A stretch of 61,751 nucleotides of DNA, filler included. It is 5 parts of 5 records of this genome, joined end to end, with 100 filler letters (N's around TTAATTAATTAA, not from the genome) between each part and the next. Parts side by side here need not be neighbours in the genome. Positions count along the whole stretch, not along the records: positions 17,753 to 32,650 come from SRR31156797_1211; positions 32,751 to 43,477 come from SRR31156797_1213; 3 more parts are not named here. One strand, given 5' to 3'. The notes under the pieces are model-generated. The model was not told the DNA's origin, searched no databases, and worked only from the letters and a program-made list of their open reading frames with translations. Positions within the stretch are counted from its first letter, which is position 1; each line of letters starts with the position of its first letter. The translations under genes were made by a program, and so were the position numbers. This document shows, piece after piece, positions 27,318 to 38,058 of this stretch.

Positions 27318-28763
27318 TTATTTTTTTTGCTCCAGCTTTAGCATGATTTCTTTATCGTTAAAAGGCAATTGCTCGCCCTTGATCTCCATATATGTTTCGG
27401 CTCCTTTGCCGAGTATCATTAAAATATCGCCGGGTTTGGAATCATTCCATGCATCCTTGATGGCTTTTTCGCGGTCCAGACAGATGATGACCTTTTCCTG
27501 TTCGTTAATACCTTCAAGAATGGCCTCAGCAATGAGTCCCGGTTCTTCATTTCTTGGATTGTCATTCGTTATATAAATATTATCAGAATAATTTTCGGCG
27601 ATCTTGCCCATAATAGGTCGTTTTGCTTTATCACGATCACCACCGCAGCCAAATACACAGATAAGACGTTTTCTATTATCAAGCTCCGAAGCGGCCTTGA
27701 GTGCTTTCTCCATGGCATCGGGAGTGTGGGCATAATCGATCACAGCAGTTGCTTTTGACGTTCTGATCATTTCCATGCGACCGGATACCGGTTCGAAAGA
27801 GAAATCGTTCAGTTCAAGCGTGCCCGGATACAAATAGTCCCAACATGCAATACTTCCGGCAATGTTCTCAGCGTTGAATTTTCCCAGCAAGGGAGCATTG
27901 ACGGAAATATTGCCATGCGGTGTGCTTAGGATACCGTGAATACCGTTAACATTAACGCTCAGTTCACTGAAATGATAATCAGCATATTTATCATCAACAG
28001 CGTATGAGATCTTACCGATATTCAGGTCATTGTAAAGTCGTTTGCCATAAGGGTCGTCTATATTGATGATCCCGCGTGCGCCGGGTTTCATCTGTAGAAA
28101 TAGTTTTGATTTTGCTTTAAAGTATTCTTCCATGTCTGCATGGAAGTCCAGGTGATCCTGGGTCAAATTTGTAAATAGAGCGGCATCGTATCGCAGACTA
28201 TGAACTCTCATCAGTTCAATCGCGTGTGATGATACTTCCATGAACAGCGAAGCAATACCCTGTTTATCAAGATCATTGAAGATCTTAGCCAGATCGGCGC
28301 TTTCGGGTGTGGTACGAGAACCTTCAATGGCACCTTTTTGTGTTTTGATACCAAGAGTTCCGATAAGGGCGGGTGATTTTTCTGCCTTTTCCGCCAGTTG
28401 GTACAGAAGATGCGTCATGGTTGTCTTGCCATTCGTTCCCGTAATACCGGTCACGGTAAAATTATTGTATTGGCATCCATAAAAATAGAAACTCAGCTCA
28501 GCCATAGCCCGTCTTGTATCATTTGTAATGATCTGAGTTTGCTCGTGATCAACTTTATGGTCGACCAATAAAGCAACAGCGCCATTTTCGATGGCTTGAG
28601 CAATATGATTGTGTCCATCGGTCTTAAAACCTATAATGGCAACAAACAATGAGCCATTACGAACCTGTCTTGAATCGTAGGTGATATGCTCAATATCAGT
28701 ATCTTTACCCAGGATGCGATAGGGGAGTTGCAGAGCAGGCAGTATCAATGAAAGTTTTTTCAT
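27318..28763 (-). CDS. murE: UDP-MurNAc-dipeptide--meso-DAP ligase
   Basis: GITGTNGKTT, TTPES, MEVSSH, FTNLTQDHLDFH, DYAHTPDA, GCGGDRD, DNPR (the mDAP-type motif). Confidence 0.97.
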   Translation of the reverse strand: MKKLSLILPALQLPYRILGKDTDIEHITYDSRQVRNGSLFVAIIGFKTDGHNHIAQAIENGAVALLVDHKVDHEQTQIITNDTRRAMAELSFYFYGCQYNNFTVTGITGTNGKTTMTHLLYQLAEKAEKSPALIGTLGIKTQKGAIEGSRTTPESADLAKIFNDLDKQGIASLFMEVSSHAIELMRVHSLRYDAALFTNLTQDHLDFHADMEEYFKAKSKLFLQMKPGARGIINIDDPYGKRLYNDLNIGKISYAVDDKYADYHFSELSVNVNGIHGILSTPHGNISVNAPLLGKFNAENIAGSIACWDYLYPGTLELNDFSFEPVSGRMEMIRTSKATAVIDYAHTPDAMEKALKAASELDNRKRLICVFGCGGDRDKAKRPIMGKIAENYSDNIYITNDNPRNEEPGLIAEAILEGINEQEKVIICLDREKAIKDAWNDSKPGDILMILGKGAETYMEIKGEQLPFNDKEIMLKLEQKK

Positions 28764-30838
28764 GATCTTACCTCCAGACGGCAAAGCTCACCTTTTTTAA
28801 GGTAACTTCCGGGTGCCGGTATTTGATATTTGACCTTGCCGCGATCAGAATTACGCTCAACTTCCAGACCGATGGTCCTGAGTTTTTTCTCGGCGTTCAA
28901 AATATGGATCCCGGTCACGTCAGGCATAATAATATCGTAATCCTCGGGATTACCAATCTTAGTCGCATTCTTGACCTCGATCTTACTATTTGAGATATCC
29001 TCATTCTCGTTTTTGACCTTGGCCTTGACCTCATTACTTGATCTATCGCTGTGTAAAATTGATAAAACGGGATTTGAGCGTTTTGGTTGGACTTCTTTTA
29101 CCGGTTCACGTATGGCCAGGTCCTTTGAAACGCTGGGATACAACTGATGGAAGTTTGGTGTGTTGATGATGCGTGTAAAAGTACCCTGTACGGCAGGTGC
29201 TGCACAGGTGCCGCCATGATGAAGTCCGAATGCCGGTTCATCGATCACAACACCGCAAACCAAGACGGGATCTCCTGCAGGGAAGAATCCTACAAATGAT
29301 GAATAATATTTGGAATTGGAATACTTGCCGTCTTCAACCTTCTGTGCCGTACCGGTCTTACCGGCAACGTGATAACCTTTGATCCTTGCTCGTTTGGCAG
29401 TTCCTTCGGTGACCACACCTTCCATAATGCCCTGAAGTGTTTGAGAGGTTTCTTCACTAATGGCTTGGCGTACAGGAGATTTTCCGTAGCTGTCCTTGAT
29501 CTTGTTCTTTGCCGTATATGTCTCGGAAACAAGGTAAGGTTTAAGTAAAGTACCGCCGTTCGCTATTGCGGAATAGGCAGACATCATTTGCATAAGTGTT
29601 ACGGTAACCCCGTGACCCATAGCAAGTTGTGTATGACCAACAGAGCTCCAGTCTTTGGGTAATTTCAGCAATCCGGCACTTTCGCCCCAAAGTCCGATAG
29701 CTGTTGGCTCACCGAATCCGAATTTTCGTGAAATATCATAAATGGTCTTATTCCCGACTTGCTCGGCGACCTTTCCGGCTCCAATATTGGATGAATAAAT
29801 GACAACTTCTTCAACGGTCAGCCATTCATGTGGCTTTGTATCGTGAATAATGCGATCGCGGACTTTCCATTCTCCGTTCTCACAGTATATCTTGGAAGTA
29901 GGTGAAAAAATATTGTTTTCAAATGCTGCGGCAGCCGGGATGAATTTATAGATCGAACCGGGTTCGAATTGATCGGCAATAACCTTGTTCCGTCGGCTTT
30001 CTGCAGTGGAGCTTCTGACTTTATTTGGATTGAAAGCGGGATAATTTGCCATAGCCAATACTTCGCCCGTATTGGGATCCATGATCACGGCCATACCGCT
30101 TTTACCTTTATTCTTTTTAACCGCGTTAGCCAGCTCTTCTTCTAAAATGACCTGATATTCCACGTCGATTGTCAGTTTAACATTGCCACCCGGGATGGCT
30201 TCACTTGTATTGGCATTTTGAAGCGTAATGATATCCCCGCGCTTATCACGCTGGATCATCTGGAAACCTTTTTCACCCTTCAGATGCTTATCGTAATATT
30301 TTTCAATTCCCGTTTGTGCCGTACCGTCATTGGATAGAAAACCGATCAACTGGCCGGCGGCATCCTGATAAGGATACATGCGGCTCATTTTTTTATCGTA
30401 ATTTAATCCGTGGCAAGCCCTTCCGGATCTTAGCTCAGCAACCACCTCTGGACGGACTTTTGTTTCAAGCATATAAAAAGAGGATTCTTTCTTGAATTGA
30501 CTACGATAGTATTCGGGAGTTTTGTCAAATGCTTTAGCCATGGCTACATAACAGCTCTCCGGCTGCAGTAGATCGATATATCTAGCCCCGATATTATATT
30601 CAATGACGTTATTAGCAAGAATATGGCCGTTGCGGTCTAAAATGTGTCCGCGTTCGGGCAAAATTTCTTCACTGCGCATACCTTGACTATCTGCATAGCC
30701 GCGCAATCCTTCAGAATCAAAAAGCTGAACGGCAACAAGGCGAACCATCACGATGGCAACAAAGACCAGGATGATGATCATCACCACGGCAACTCGCAAT
30801 GAGTAGGGATCACGCTTTTTGTTCAGTTCTTCGATCAT
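28760..30838 (-). CDS. ftsI: Class B penicillin-binding protein FtsI with a C-terminal PASTA-like domain
   Basis: RGHILDRNG, EPGSIYK (SxxK), SSN, KTGTAQK, MPDVTG. Confidence 0.95.
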   Translation of the reverse strand: MIEELNKKRDPYSLRVAVVMIIILVFVAIVMVRLVAVQLFDSEGLRGYADSQGMRSEEILPERGHILDRNGHILANNVIEYNIGARYIDLLQPESCYVAMAKAFDKTPEYYRSQFKKESSFYMLETKVRPEVVAELRSGRACHGLNYDKKMSRMYPYQDAAGQLIGFLSNDGTAQTGIEKYYDKHLKGEKGFQMIQRDKRGDIITLQNANTSEAIPGGNVKLTIDVEYQVILEEELANAVKKNKGKSGMAVIMDPNTGEVLAMANYPAFNPNKVRSSTAESRRNKVIADQFEPGSIYKFIPAAAAFENNIFSPTSKIYCENGEWKVRDRIIHDTKPHEWLTVEEVVIYSSNIGAGKVAEQVGNKTIYDISRKFGFGEPTAIGLWGESAGLLKLPKDWSSVGHTQLAMGHGVTVTLMQMMSAYSAIANGGTLLKPYLVSETYTAKNKIKDSYGKSPVRQAISEETSQTLQGIMEGVVTEGTAKRARIKGYHVAGKTGTAQKVEDGKYSNSKYYSSFVGFFPAGDPVLVCGVVIDEPAFGLHHGGTCAAPAVQGTFTRIINTPNFHQLYPSVSKDLAIREPVKEVQPKRSNPVLSILHSDRSSNEVKAKVKNENEDISNSKIEVKNATKIGNPEDYDIIMPDVTGIHILNAEKKLRTIGLEVERNSDRGKVKYQIPAPGSYLKKGELCRLEVRS

Positions 30839-31161
30839 TTTTTCTTCTTAACGAATATGGCGTCAGCTTGAGGGGTTGAATTGACCAATCCCAACTGTTC
30901 GTTTGCTATCTGTTGAATATATCCGGGACGCGATAGGTCGATGATCTCGCTTTCAAGATAGATTATCTCCTGCTGCGCTTGGGCATTGTTGCTTTTCATG
31001 GTGAGATTTCTGGCAATGATCGCATCCAAGCCATTCCTTATATACATGTAGCCAACCAATGTGGCGACAAGAATGACTATCAGCAGGATTAGAAAGAAGA
31101 TCTTGTTATCGATCAACTTTTTTCTACCAACATCATGATGTGATTTGACACTTAAACTCAT
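30835..31161 (-). CDS. ftsL: Cell division protein FtsL
   Basis: Short TM plus coiled coil, LSRPGYIQQIA..LGL, located between rsmH and ftsI. Confidence 0.8.
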   Translation of the reverse strand: MSLSVKSHHDVGRKKLIDNKIFFLILLIVILVATLVGYMYIRNGLDAIIARNLTMKSNNAQAQQEIIYLESEIIDLSRPGYIQQIANEQLGLVNSTPQADAIFVKKKK

Positions 31162-32075
31162 AATTTCTCAATGACCCTGCATTTTGCCGATCGGCTTCTC
31201 GGGTTGTTCTTTATTTCCTCATCCGTCGGGATGATAGGTTTCTTTGTGATCTTTTTGGCTACCGCCTTGTGGTCGCAGATACAGACCGGGATCTCGGGGG
31301 GGCAGATACATTCCGTCACCGCTTCTTGGAAAAACTGCTTTACAATGCGGTCTTCCAAAGAATGAAAAGATATTACGACGATCCGGCCGCCGGGATTTAA
31401 CATGTCCAAAGCATTGTTCAGACTTTTATATATGGAATCCAATTCATGGTTGACTTCAATGCGCAGGGCCTGAAAAATACGCGCCAGTGTTTTGGTAACG
31501 TATGGTCCCTTAATAATACTTTTTATACATGCCACCAATGGAAGTGTACGAAAATAGGGGCGTGTCTCGACGATGGTGCGTGCAATGCGTCCAGAAAAGC
31601 GCTCTTCACCAAATTCTCTAAAGATCTTTGTCAAATCTTCCATGGAGTAAGTATTCACGACATCCGCTGCGGTTAATTCTGTTTCACCCATACGCATATC
31701 CAATGGACCGTCTTGCATAAAGCTGAAACCGCGTTCCGGGGAGTCTATTTCCATGGAGGAAACCCCCAGATCATAAAGAATACCGTCTATACTCTCTATA
31801 CCCTGTGAGATCAGGGCCATTTTAAGTTTATCGTAATTTTTATTGATAAAATGAACATTTCCGAATTCTTTGAGCCGGTCTTTGGCAAAAGCCTGTGCAC
31901 GTGGATCAAGGTCGAACGTGTACAGACTGCCCTTGGGGTCCAAACGCTTCAATATCTCTTGCGAATGTCCGCCCAAACCACAGGTTGCATCAATATACGT
32001 TCCGGTAGCTGTTGTAATGAGATGTTCGATCGTCTCATTCAACAATACCGGCGTATGCTGGTACGAGATTGACAT
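31158..32075 (-). CDS. rsmH: 16S rRNA m4C1402 methyltransferase
   Basis: HTPVLLNE, DATCGLGGHS, DLGVSS, GPLDMRM, FQALRIEVN, ISFHSLEDR, NPRSRSAK. Confidence 0.98.
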   Translation of the reverse strand: MSISYQHTPVLLNETIEHLITTATGTYIDATCGLGGHSQEILKRLDPKGSLYTFDLDPRAQAFAKDRLKEFGNVHFINKNYDKLKMALISQGIESIDGILYDLGVSSMEIDSPERGFSFMQDGPLDMRMGETELTAADVVNTYSMEDLTKIFREFGEERFSGRIARTIVETRPYFRTLPLVACIKSIIKGPYVTKTLARIFQALRIEVNHELDSIYKSLNNALDMLNPGGRIVVISFHSLEDRIVKQFFQEAVTECICPPEIPVCICDHKAVAKKITKKPIIPTDEEIKNNPRSRSAKCRVIEKL

Positions 32076-32083
32076 AATCACCC

Positions 32084-32551
32084 TTAGATTAATGGCAATT
32101 GTTCAAGTTTCTCAAAATCGTTGTCTGTTAGAGGGGTGTTTTCTTCGTGTTTCTTAAGTTCGTCAGGATCCCAGATCTCCATGAAGTCTATCATACCGAT
32201 GATCTTGACGCTACCACTGTCTTTGATCCCGGCAAACTCCATGAGTTTGGGTGTTAGCATGATGCGGCCCTGACTATCCAGCATGCAATGGCTTGCATTC
32301 TGGGTGAACTGACGCAAGAAGTTTCGGTGTGTCCGATTGACCAACTGCATCGAGGCCGTGATCTTATCACGCAATGCTATCCACTTGGGGAGAGGATAAA
32401 CATCGATGTGATTTGAATCTAAACCCTTTGAAATAACTACCTCAGTAACACTTTCTTCAGACATGATCTTTCTAAAGCGTGAAGGGATGTTCACACGATG
32501 TTTAGAATCGACTGAATGCTTGTGTTCGCCTGTGTAGTCCGTATAACCCAC
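32084..32551 (-). CDS. mraZ: Transcriptional regulator MraZ
   Basis: GEHKHSVDSKHRVNIPSRFR and LDSQGRI (DxxxR motifs), EIWD. GTG start at 32551 follows a purine-rich RBS. The tracked upstream extension overlaps the promoter. Confidence 0.92.
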   Translation of the reverse strand: MGYTDYTGEHKHSVDSKHRVNIPSRFRKIMSEESVTEVVISKGLDSNHIDVYPLPKWIALRDKITASMQLVNRTHRNFLRQFTQNASHCMLDSQGRIMLTPKLMEFAGIKDSGSVKIIGMIDFMEIWDPDELKKHEENTPLTDNDFEKLEQLPLI

Positions 32552-32587
32552 TCTACCTATTCCTTTTACCTTCTGAAATGATAATAA

Positions 32588-32630
32588 CCCATTATCACCC
32601 ACAATATAACACATTCACCCACAAATGCAA
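32588..32630 (-). promoter_or_regulatory. dcw promoter with 10-bp-phased MraZ boxes
   Basis: Minus-strand GTGGG, GTGTT, GTGGG and ATGGG at exact 10-nt spacing, overlapping TTGCAT-16nt-TATATT. Confidence 0.75.
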
Positions 32631-32650
32631 ACAATATTTTGGTTTTCAGG

Positions 32651-32750
32651 NNNNNNNNNNNNNNNNNNNNNNNNNNNNNNNNNNNNNNNNNNNNTTAATT
32701 AATTAANNNNNNNNNNNNNNNNNNNNNNNNNNNNNNNNNNNNNNNNNNNN
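32651..32750. other. Artificial contig linker
   Basis: N-run / TTAATTAATTAA / N-run. Confidence 0.99.
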
Positions 32751-33701
32751 TAAACAAGCACCACAACGAATACATTTTAAAGCTTCGTAATGTTTTTTTT
32801 CCTGTGCAATTTCGCTTCGTTTATTATCCAGTAGCACCACAACCATTTTTTCCGGCCCGTTGGTTTCACTTTTACGTTTTGGTCCGGTAAAAAGCGAATT
32901 ATATACTGTTAGTTGTTGTCCGGTTCCTAAGGCAGCCAATAAAGGAAACATTAATTGAAGATCATTAACTGAAGGTATCAGTTTTTCGATACCGGCAATA
33001 ACAATGTGCAGCTTAGGAAAGGCAACCGACATAAAACCATTTCCTTCATTTTCAGTAAGTGCTACTCCTCCAATATCGGCCACTAAAAAATTTGCCCCGG
33101 TTACCCCAACTTCGGCCGTCATAAATTTTTGGCGAAGTACTCGTCTTACGTATTTTGTTAAAGCAGTTGGAGTTGCGTCTGCCGGAGTACCAAACTTTTG
33201 ATTAAATAACCTGGCAACATCTTCTTTTGATTTATGCATGGCAGGTGTTAAAATATGATAGGGTTTTTCACCTGCTACCTGAACAATAAACTCACCCAAA
33301 TCTGTTTCAACCGGCTCAAATCCAGCTTCCTCCAGATTTTCATTAAGTTCCAGTTCTTCCGAAATCATCGACTTGCTTTTAACCAAAAGCTTTGCTTCGT
33401 TTTCTTTTAAAATATTTATGATTTCTGAAACAGCTTCCTCTCCATTACGTGCCCAAACAACATCGATATTGTTCTCTTGAGCCCTGGTTTCGAATTCTTC
33501 CAGGTAAAAAGCCAGATTAGAAACAACTTTCTTTTTCAGGTATGCCGCCCTTTGTTTGGCCAAATCCATATTTCTGTAACGAAGCTTGCCTTTTTGTACT
33601 GCCTGATCGTACTTTGAAATATTAAAATTTAAAGTTTTTCGATGGTTTTTGTCAAAAGCTATTTTCGAATCGTTAAGAAATATGTCTTTTAATTCTGCCA
33701 T
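32751..33701 (-). CDS. lutB: Lactate utilisation Fe-S protein LutB/LldF, 3'-truncated
   Basis: VKSKSM..EE, ETDLGEFIVQ, PYHILTPAMH, TENEGN, CIRCGACL. Confidence 0.92.
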
Positions 33702-33705
33702 TTAC

Positions 33706-34155
33706 TTATCCTATCGGGATCTGAGCTATTCTTCGTTCATGACGCCCACCCTCAAACTCTGCATTTAAAAAGGCATTAACAATGGCAATTGCTTCGTCAT
33801 CCGAAACAAAACGGCCCGGAACAGCGCAAACATTGGCATTGTTATGCTGACGTGCCAAACTAGCAATTTCAGTATTCCAGCACACTCCCGAACGAACTCC
33901 CTGATGTTTATTTGCAGCAATGCTTATCCCCTGTCCACTTCCACAAAAAGTAATACCTATTTCGAATTCACCTTTTTCAATTGCTTCACCCATTAAGTGA
34001 GCATACACCGGATAATCAACACTTTCTTCAGAATAACATCCTAAATCTTTATATTCAATGTTATTATCGCTTAAAAACTTTTTGATCACCTGCTTTTTTT
34101 CAAAACCTGCATGATCACTTGCAAGTGCAATTACCTTTCCTTCTAAATGCTTCAT
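33706..34155 (-). CDS. rpiB: Ribose-5-phosphate isomerase B
   Basis: ASDHAG, VDYP, CGSGQG..IAANK, ARQHNNAN, FEGGRHERRI. Confidence 0.96.
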   Translation of the reverse strand: MKHLEGKVIALASDHAGFEKKQVIKKFLSDNNIEYKDLGCYSEESVDYPVYAHLMGEAIEKGEFEIGITFCGSGQGISIAANKHQGVRSGVCWNTEIASLARQHNNANVCAVPGRFVSDDEAIAIVNAFLNAEFEGGRHERRIAQIPIG

Positions 34156-34277
34156 TTTTGCAAAATTAATACTTTTTGATATTTATTTCATTTATTCCGA
34201 AATTTTGTTCCTTTTTAAGGCAAACTACTTCTAAATAAAATTATATATATCTGTTTTTCTTGTTGTTACAAATCTTT

Positions 34278-35762
34278 TTATTTACTTTTTTTTCGTTTTA
34301 AATGCCCGGTTAATTCGGCTTTTTCAAATTTAAAAACCGTTAATAAAAACAAGCCTATAAAAATAAAATGAATTAAATACTTTACCACCGGGCTATAAGT
34401 ATGGGTTATAAATGATACAGTAAAAAGTAAAATGGCTACAGCAAAATAGCTTCCTATTCTTTTTAAATTGTACGGAACAGGGTAGTGTTTTTGCCCCAGA
34501 AAATAAGAAATAACCACTATAATTAAAAAACACGTAAATACCGCAATGGCCGATCCCATATATCCCATTACCGGAATTAATACAATGTTTAAAACCAGTG
34601 TTATGGCTGCACCAATTAGCGCCATATAAGCACCAAATCGTGTTTTATCGGTAAGTTTATACCACAACGAAAGGGTAAAATATACCCCGTAAAAAAGGTT
34701 GGCCATTAAAATTATGGGAACAACTTTTAATCCTTCGTGATAATCACTGTCCACAATAAACTTTATAATATCGATAAACAATGTCATTCCCAGGAAAATA
34801 AATAAACCAAAAATGACAAAGTATTTCATGACTGCTGCATATACTTTTGGATCATCTTTTGAACCGCTGCGGGCAAAAAAGAAGGGCTCAAAAGCGTATC
34901 GAAATGCTTGTATGAACATGTTCATTAGAACTGCCAGCTTATAATTTGCCCCATAAATTCCGAGTTGAAACATTGGATCCTGATCTTCCGGAATTAAAAA
35001 AGGAATAAGAACTTTATCAATGTTCTGATTCACCATTCCTGTTATTCCAACAATCAAAATTGGAAATCCATAGCTGAGCATTTTCTTCAATAACTTTTTA
35101 TCAAATTGAAGTGATACATTAAAAAACTCGGGAAGTAATAAAATTAATGTAATTAAAGAAGCTAACAGATTGGAAATAAAAACATAACCAACTCCTATTT
35201 CGGCTGAATATATGGCATTGATAAACGAATCAGGATTATTTTCAATTAACTTTGGACACAGCGAAATAAAAAATAAATTAAATCCGATGTTAAAACCAAT
35301 ATTCACCAGTTTTATAAAAGCAAATTTTATTGGTCGGTTTTTTAAACGCAGGCGGGCAAACGGTATGGCTGTAAATGCATCAACACCAAGTATTATCGCA
35401 AACCATAAAATATATTCCGGATGATTGGGATACTGAATTAAACCTGCTATTTCTTGCCTGAAAACCGAAGCGAGTAATACAAACGAAAATGTGGTAAAAA
35501 ATAAAGATATAAGCGATGTTGCATATACTTTTTCAGGTTCATCACTTTTTGAGGCAAACCTGAAATATGAGGTTTCCATTCCGTATGTAAGCAATACCAA
35601 AAGAAAGGCAACATAAGCATACATGTTGGTAACCACCCCATATTCGCCCGGTAAAAACATAAACGAGTAATAGGGAACAAGCCACCAGTTTAAAAAGCGG
35701 CCAACTATGCTGCTTACCCCATATACAGCTGTATCGCTTGCTAATTTTTTAAACGAATTCAA
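34278..35762 (-). CDS. Polysaccharide biosynthesis flippase (MOP superfamily)
   Basis: Many TM segments with motifs YGVSSIVGR, TYGMETSYFRF and IQAFRYAFEPFFF, typical of Bacteroidota. Confidence 0.85.
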   Translation of the reverse strand: MNSFKKLASDTAVYGVSSIVGRFLNWWLVPYYSFMFLPGEYGVVTNMYAYVAFLLVLLTYGMETSYFRFASKSDEPEKVYATSLISLFFTTFSFVLLASVFRQEIAGLIQYPNHPEYILWFAIILGVDAFTAIPFARLRLKNRPIKFAFIKLVNIGFNIGFNLFFISLCPKLIENNPDSFINAIYSAEIGVGYVFISNLLASLITLILLLPEFFNVSLQFDKKLLKKMLSYGFPILIVGITGMVNQNIDKVLIPFLIPEDQDPMFQLGIYGANYKLAVLMNMFIQAFRYAFEPFFFARSGSKDDPKVYAAVMKYFVIFGLFIFLGMTLFIDIIKFIVDSDYHEGLKVVPIILMANLFYGVYFTLSLWYKLTDKTRFGAYMALIGAAITLVLNIVLIPVMGYMGSAIAVFTCFLIIVVISYFLGQKHYPVPYNLKRIGSYFAVAILLFTVSFITHTYSPVVKYLIHFIFIGLFLLTVFKFEKAELTGHLKRKKSK

Positions 35763-35778
35763 TTGCTGAAATTTTAGG

Positions 35779-35845
35779 CAAAGATAAAATCATTTGCTTT
35801 GATGCATTCTTACAAAACAACCTTTTACAATATGTTTTATATTTG
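35779..35845. promoter_or_regulatory. Divergent Bacteroidota -7 promoter elements (TAnnTTTG)
   Basis: TATCTTTG on the minus strand (35779-35786) and TATATTTG on the plus strand (35838-35845), each about 17-20 nt before a start codon. Confidence 0.65.
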
Positions 35846-35864
35846 AGTGCTAAAATAAAAAATT

Positions 35865-36947
35865 ATGACTCGCAACCTTTTCCCGATAGTACTCATATTT
35901 TGCTTCATTGTAAGTTTTGTTTCGTGTTCAAACAAATCAAATAAAAGACCCCGCAGGCCAGTTAGTACAATTAACATAAAACCGTCGAAACAACAATATA
36001 CTTATGGCGATAAAGTAACACTAAACATAAAAACAAAACTTCGCGACGGAGAGCTTAAATCTGTAAAAGTTTATTTTCAAGACCAACTACTAAAAGAAAG
36101 CAATGAACTTGAATTTCAGATTAAAGACGTAGAATTAAATAAACTGGGTAATACCAATTTTAAAGTAACAGCTGAAAAAACTGATGGTTTAAAAAATCAA
36201 AGAAGCAAAGCTGTTAATGTGGTTTCTGATCTTGTACCAAAATTACTTACTTATAAGATTATAGAAAAATATCCCCACCTGAAGACATCTTACACCCAGG
36301 GATTGGAGTATTACAATGGATTTTTATATGAAGGAACCGGTGAAAATGGTCATTCAAAATTGATGAAAGTTGACATTAAATCGGGTAAACCTGTACAATC
36401 ATTCGATTTGGCAGATAAATACTTTGGGGAAGGAATTACCATTTTAAATGATAAAATTTACCAGCTAACCTATAAAGCAAAAAAAGGATTTGTTTACGAC
36501 CTTGAAACCCTCGCTGTAATTGATAGTTTTCAGTTTCAATCAGTTACTAACGAAGGATGGGGACTTACCAATGATGGAACCAATCTGATTATGAGTGACG
36601 GAAGCAATGTACTTACCTGGTTAAATCCTGATGATTTTTCTATCATTAAAAAGGTTCAGGTAGCCAGCAACAGGGGAAACATGGGTGTATTAAACGAATT
36701 GGAATACATTGAAGGAAAAATATACGCCAATATTTATACCACCAATGTTATCGTAAAAATTGATATTGAAACCGGTAAAGTACTGGAACAAATTGATATG
36801 AGTGGTATCATAGACATGTATCACAATCAAAAAGACCGGATTGATTACCTTAACGGTATTGCCTACGATGCTGAAAACAACCGCATGTTTATCACCGGAA
36901 AACTTTGGCCAAAATTATTTGAGGTTGAGTTTATTGATAAAAAATAA
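35865..36947 (+). CDS. Glutaminyl-peptide cyclotransferase (beta-propeller type), lipoprotein
   Basis: Lipobox-like VSC, YTQGLE, LYEGTG, YFGEGIT, EGWGLT, LNELEY, LNGIAYD, TGKLWP. Confidence 0.92.
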   Translation: MTRNLFPIVLIFCFIVSFVSCSNKSNKRPRRPVSTINIKPSKQQYTYGDKVTLNIKTKLRDGELKSVKVYFQDQLLKESNELEFQIKDVELNKLGNTNFKVTAEKTDGLKNQRSKAVNVVSDLVPKLLTYKIIEKYPHLKTSYTQGLEYYNGFLYEGTGENGHSKLMKVDIKSGKPVQSFDLADKYFGEGITILNDKIYQLTYKAKKGFVYDLETLAVIDSFQFQSVTNEGWGLTNDGTNLIMSDGSNVLTWLNPDDFSIIKKVQVASNRGNMGVLNELEYIEGKIYANIYTTNVIVKIDIETGKVLEQIDMSGIIDMYHNQKDRIDYLNGIAYDAENNRMFITGKLWPKLFEVEFIDKK

Positions 36948-37020
36948 TACAAGAACACTGAAATGCGTTATTTATTTACGCTTAAATATTCTTGCATTAT
37001 CTCCTTCAATTCATCAGTAA

Positions 37021-38049
37021 TCACTCATTAAACAGGGTAGGGGAGTTGCCGTAATTAATTTTTCCCAGGTGTTTATAAGCCAGTTCTGTAACTTCACGTC
37101 CGCGTGGTGTACGTTTTATAAATCCTTCTTTAATCAGAAAAGGTTCATAAACCTCTTCAATGGTTCCGGCATCTTCACCAACCGCTGTGGCAATGGTAGT
37201 AATTCCTACAGGTCCTCCCTTAAATTTATCGATAATAGCATTTAAAATGCGATTGTCCATAATGTCAAGGCCGTATTTATCAATGTTTAAGGCGGTAAGT
37301 GCATGTTGGGTAATATTCATATCAATATGCCCTTCTCCTTTTACCTGGGCAAAATCGCGCACCCTACGCAACAAAGAATTAACGATACGAGGTGTACCAC
37401 GGCTCCTGAAAGCTATCTCCCGAGCCGCCTCGTCGCTTATCTCTATTCTTAGTATACCTGCAGAGCGTTTTACAATTCCGGTTAAAATATCGGCGTCGTA
37501 GTACTCCAAATGAGAATTAATACCAAAACGGGCTCGTAAAGGTGATGTTAACAATCCGGACCGGGTAGTTGCACCAATTAATGTAAACGGACTTAACTCA
37601 AGTTGTACAGATCGGGCACTTGGTCCTTTATCAATCATAATATCGATACGAAAATCCTCCATTGCCGAATATAAATATTCTTCAACAATGGGAGAGAGGC
37701 GATGTATCTCATCAATAAAAAGTACATCGTTATCTTCCAGGTTTGTAAGTAAACCGGCCAGGTCGCCGGGTTTATCCAATACCGGACCGGAAGTGATTTT
37801 TATTCCTACCCCTAATTCGTTGGCAATAATGTTTGATAAGGTCGTTTTACCCAATCCGGGAGGTCCATGCAATAATACATGATCAAGCGCTTCACCTCTA
37901 AGTATAGCAGCTTTAACAAATATTTCAAGGTTTTCAACAATTTGTTTTTGTCCACTGAAATCGTTAAAACGTAAAGGTCTCAAGCGTTTGTCAAGTTCCT
38001 TTTCTGTTTCTGAATATGAATGTCCCCTAATATCTAAACTATCTTCCAT
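37021..38049 (-). CDS. ruvB: Holliday junction branch-migration ATPase RuvB
   Basis: [46 protein letters not shown]. Confidence 0.98.
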   Translation of the reverse strand: MEDSLDIRGHSYSETEKELDKRLRPLRFNDFSGQKQIVENLEIFVKAAILRGEALDHVLLHGPPGLGKTTLSNIIANELGVGIKITSGPVLDKPGDLAGLLTNLEDNDVLFIDEIHRLSPIVEEYLYSAMEDFRIDIMIDKGPSARSVQLELSPFTLIGATTRSGLLTSPLRARFGINSHLEYYDADILTGIVKRSAGILRIEISDEAAREIAFRSRGTPRIVNSLLRRVRDFAQVKGEGHIDMNITQHALTALNIDKYGLDIMDNRILNAIIDKFKGGPVGITTIATAVGEDAGTIEEVYEPFLIKEGFIKRTPRGREVTELAYKHLGKINYGNSPTLFNE

Positions 38050-38058
38050 CTGCAAATC

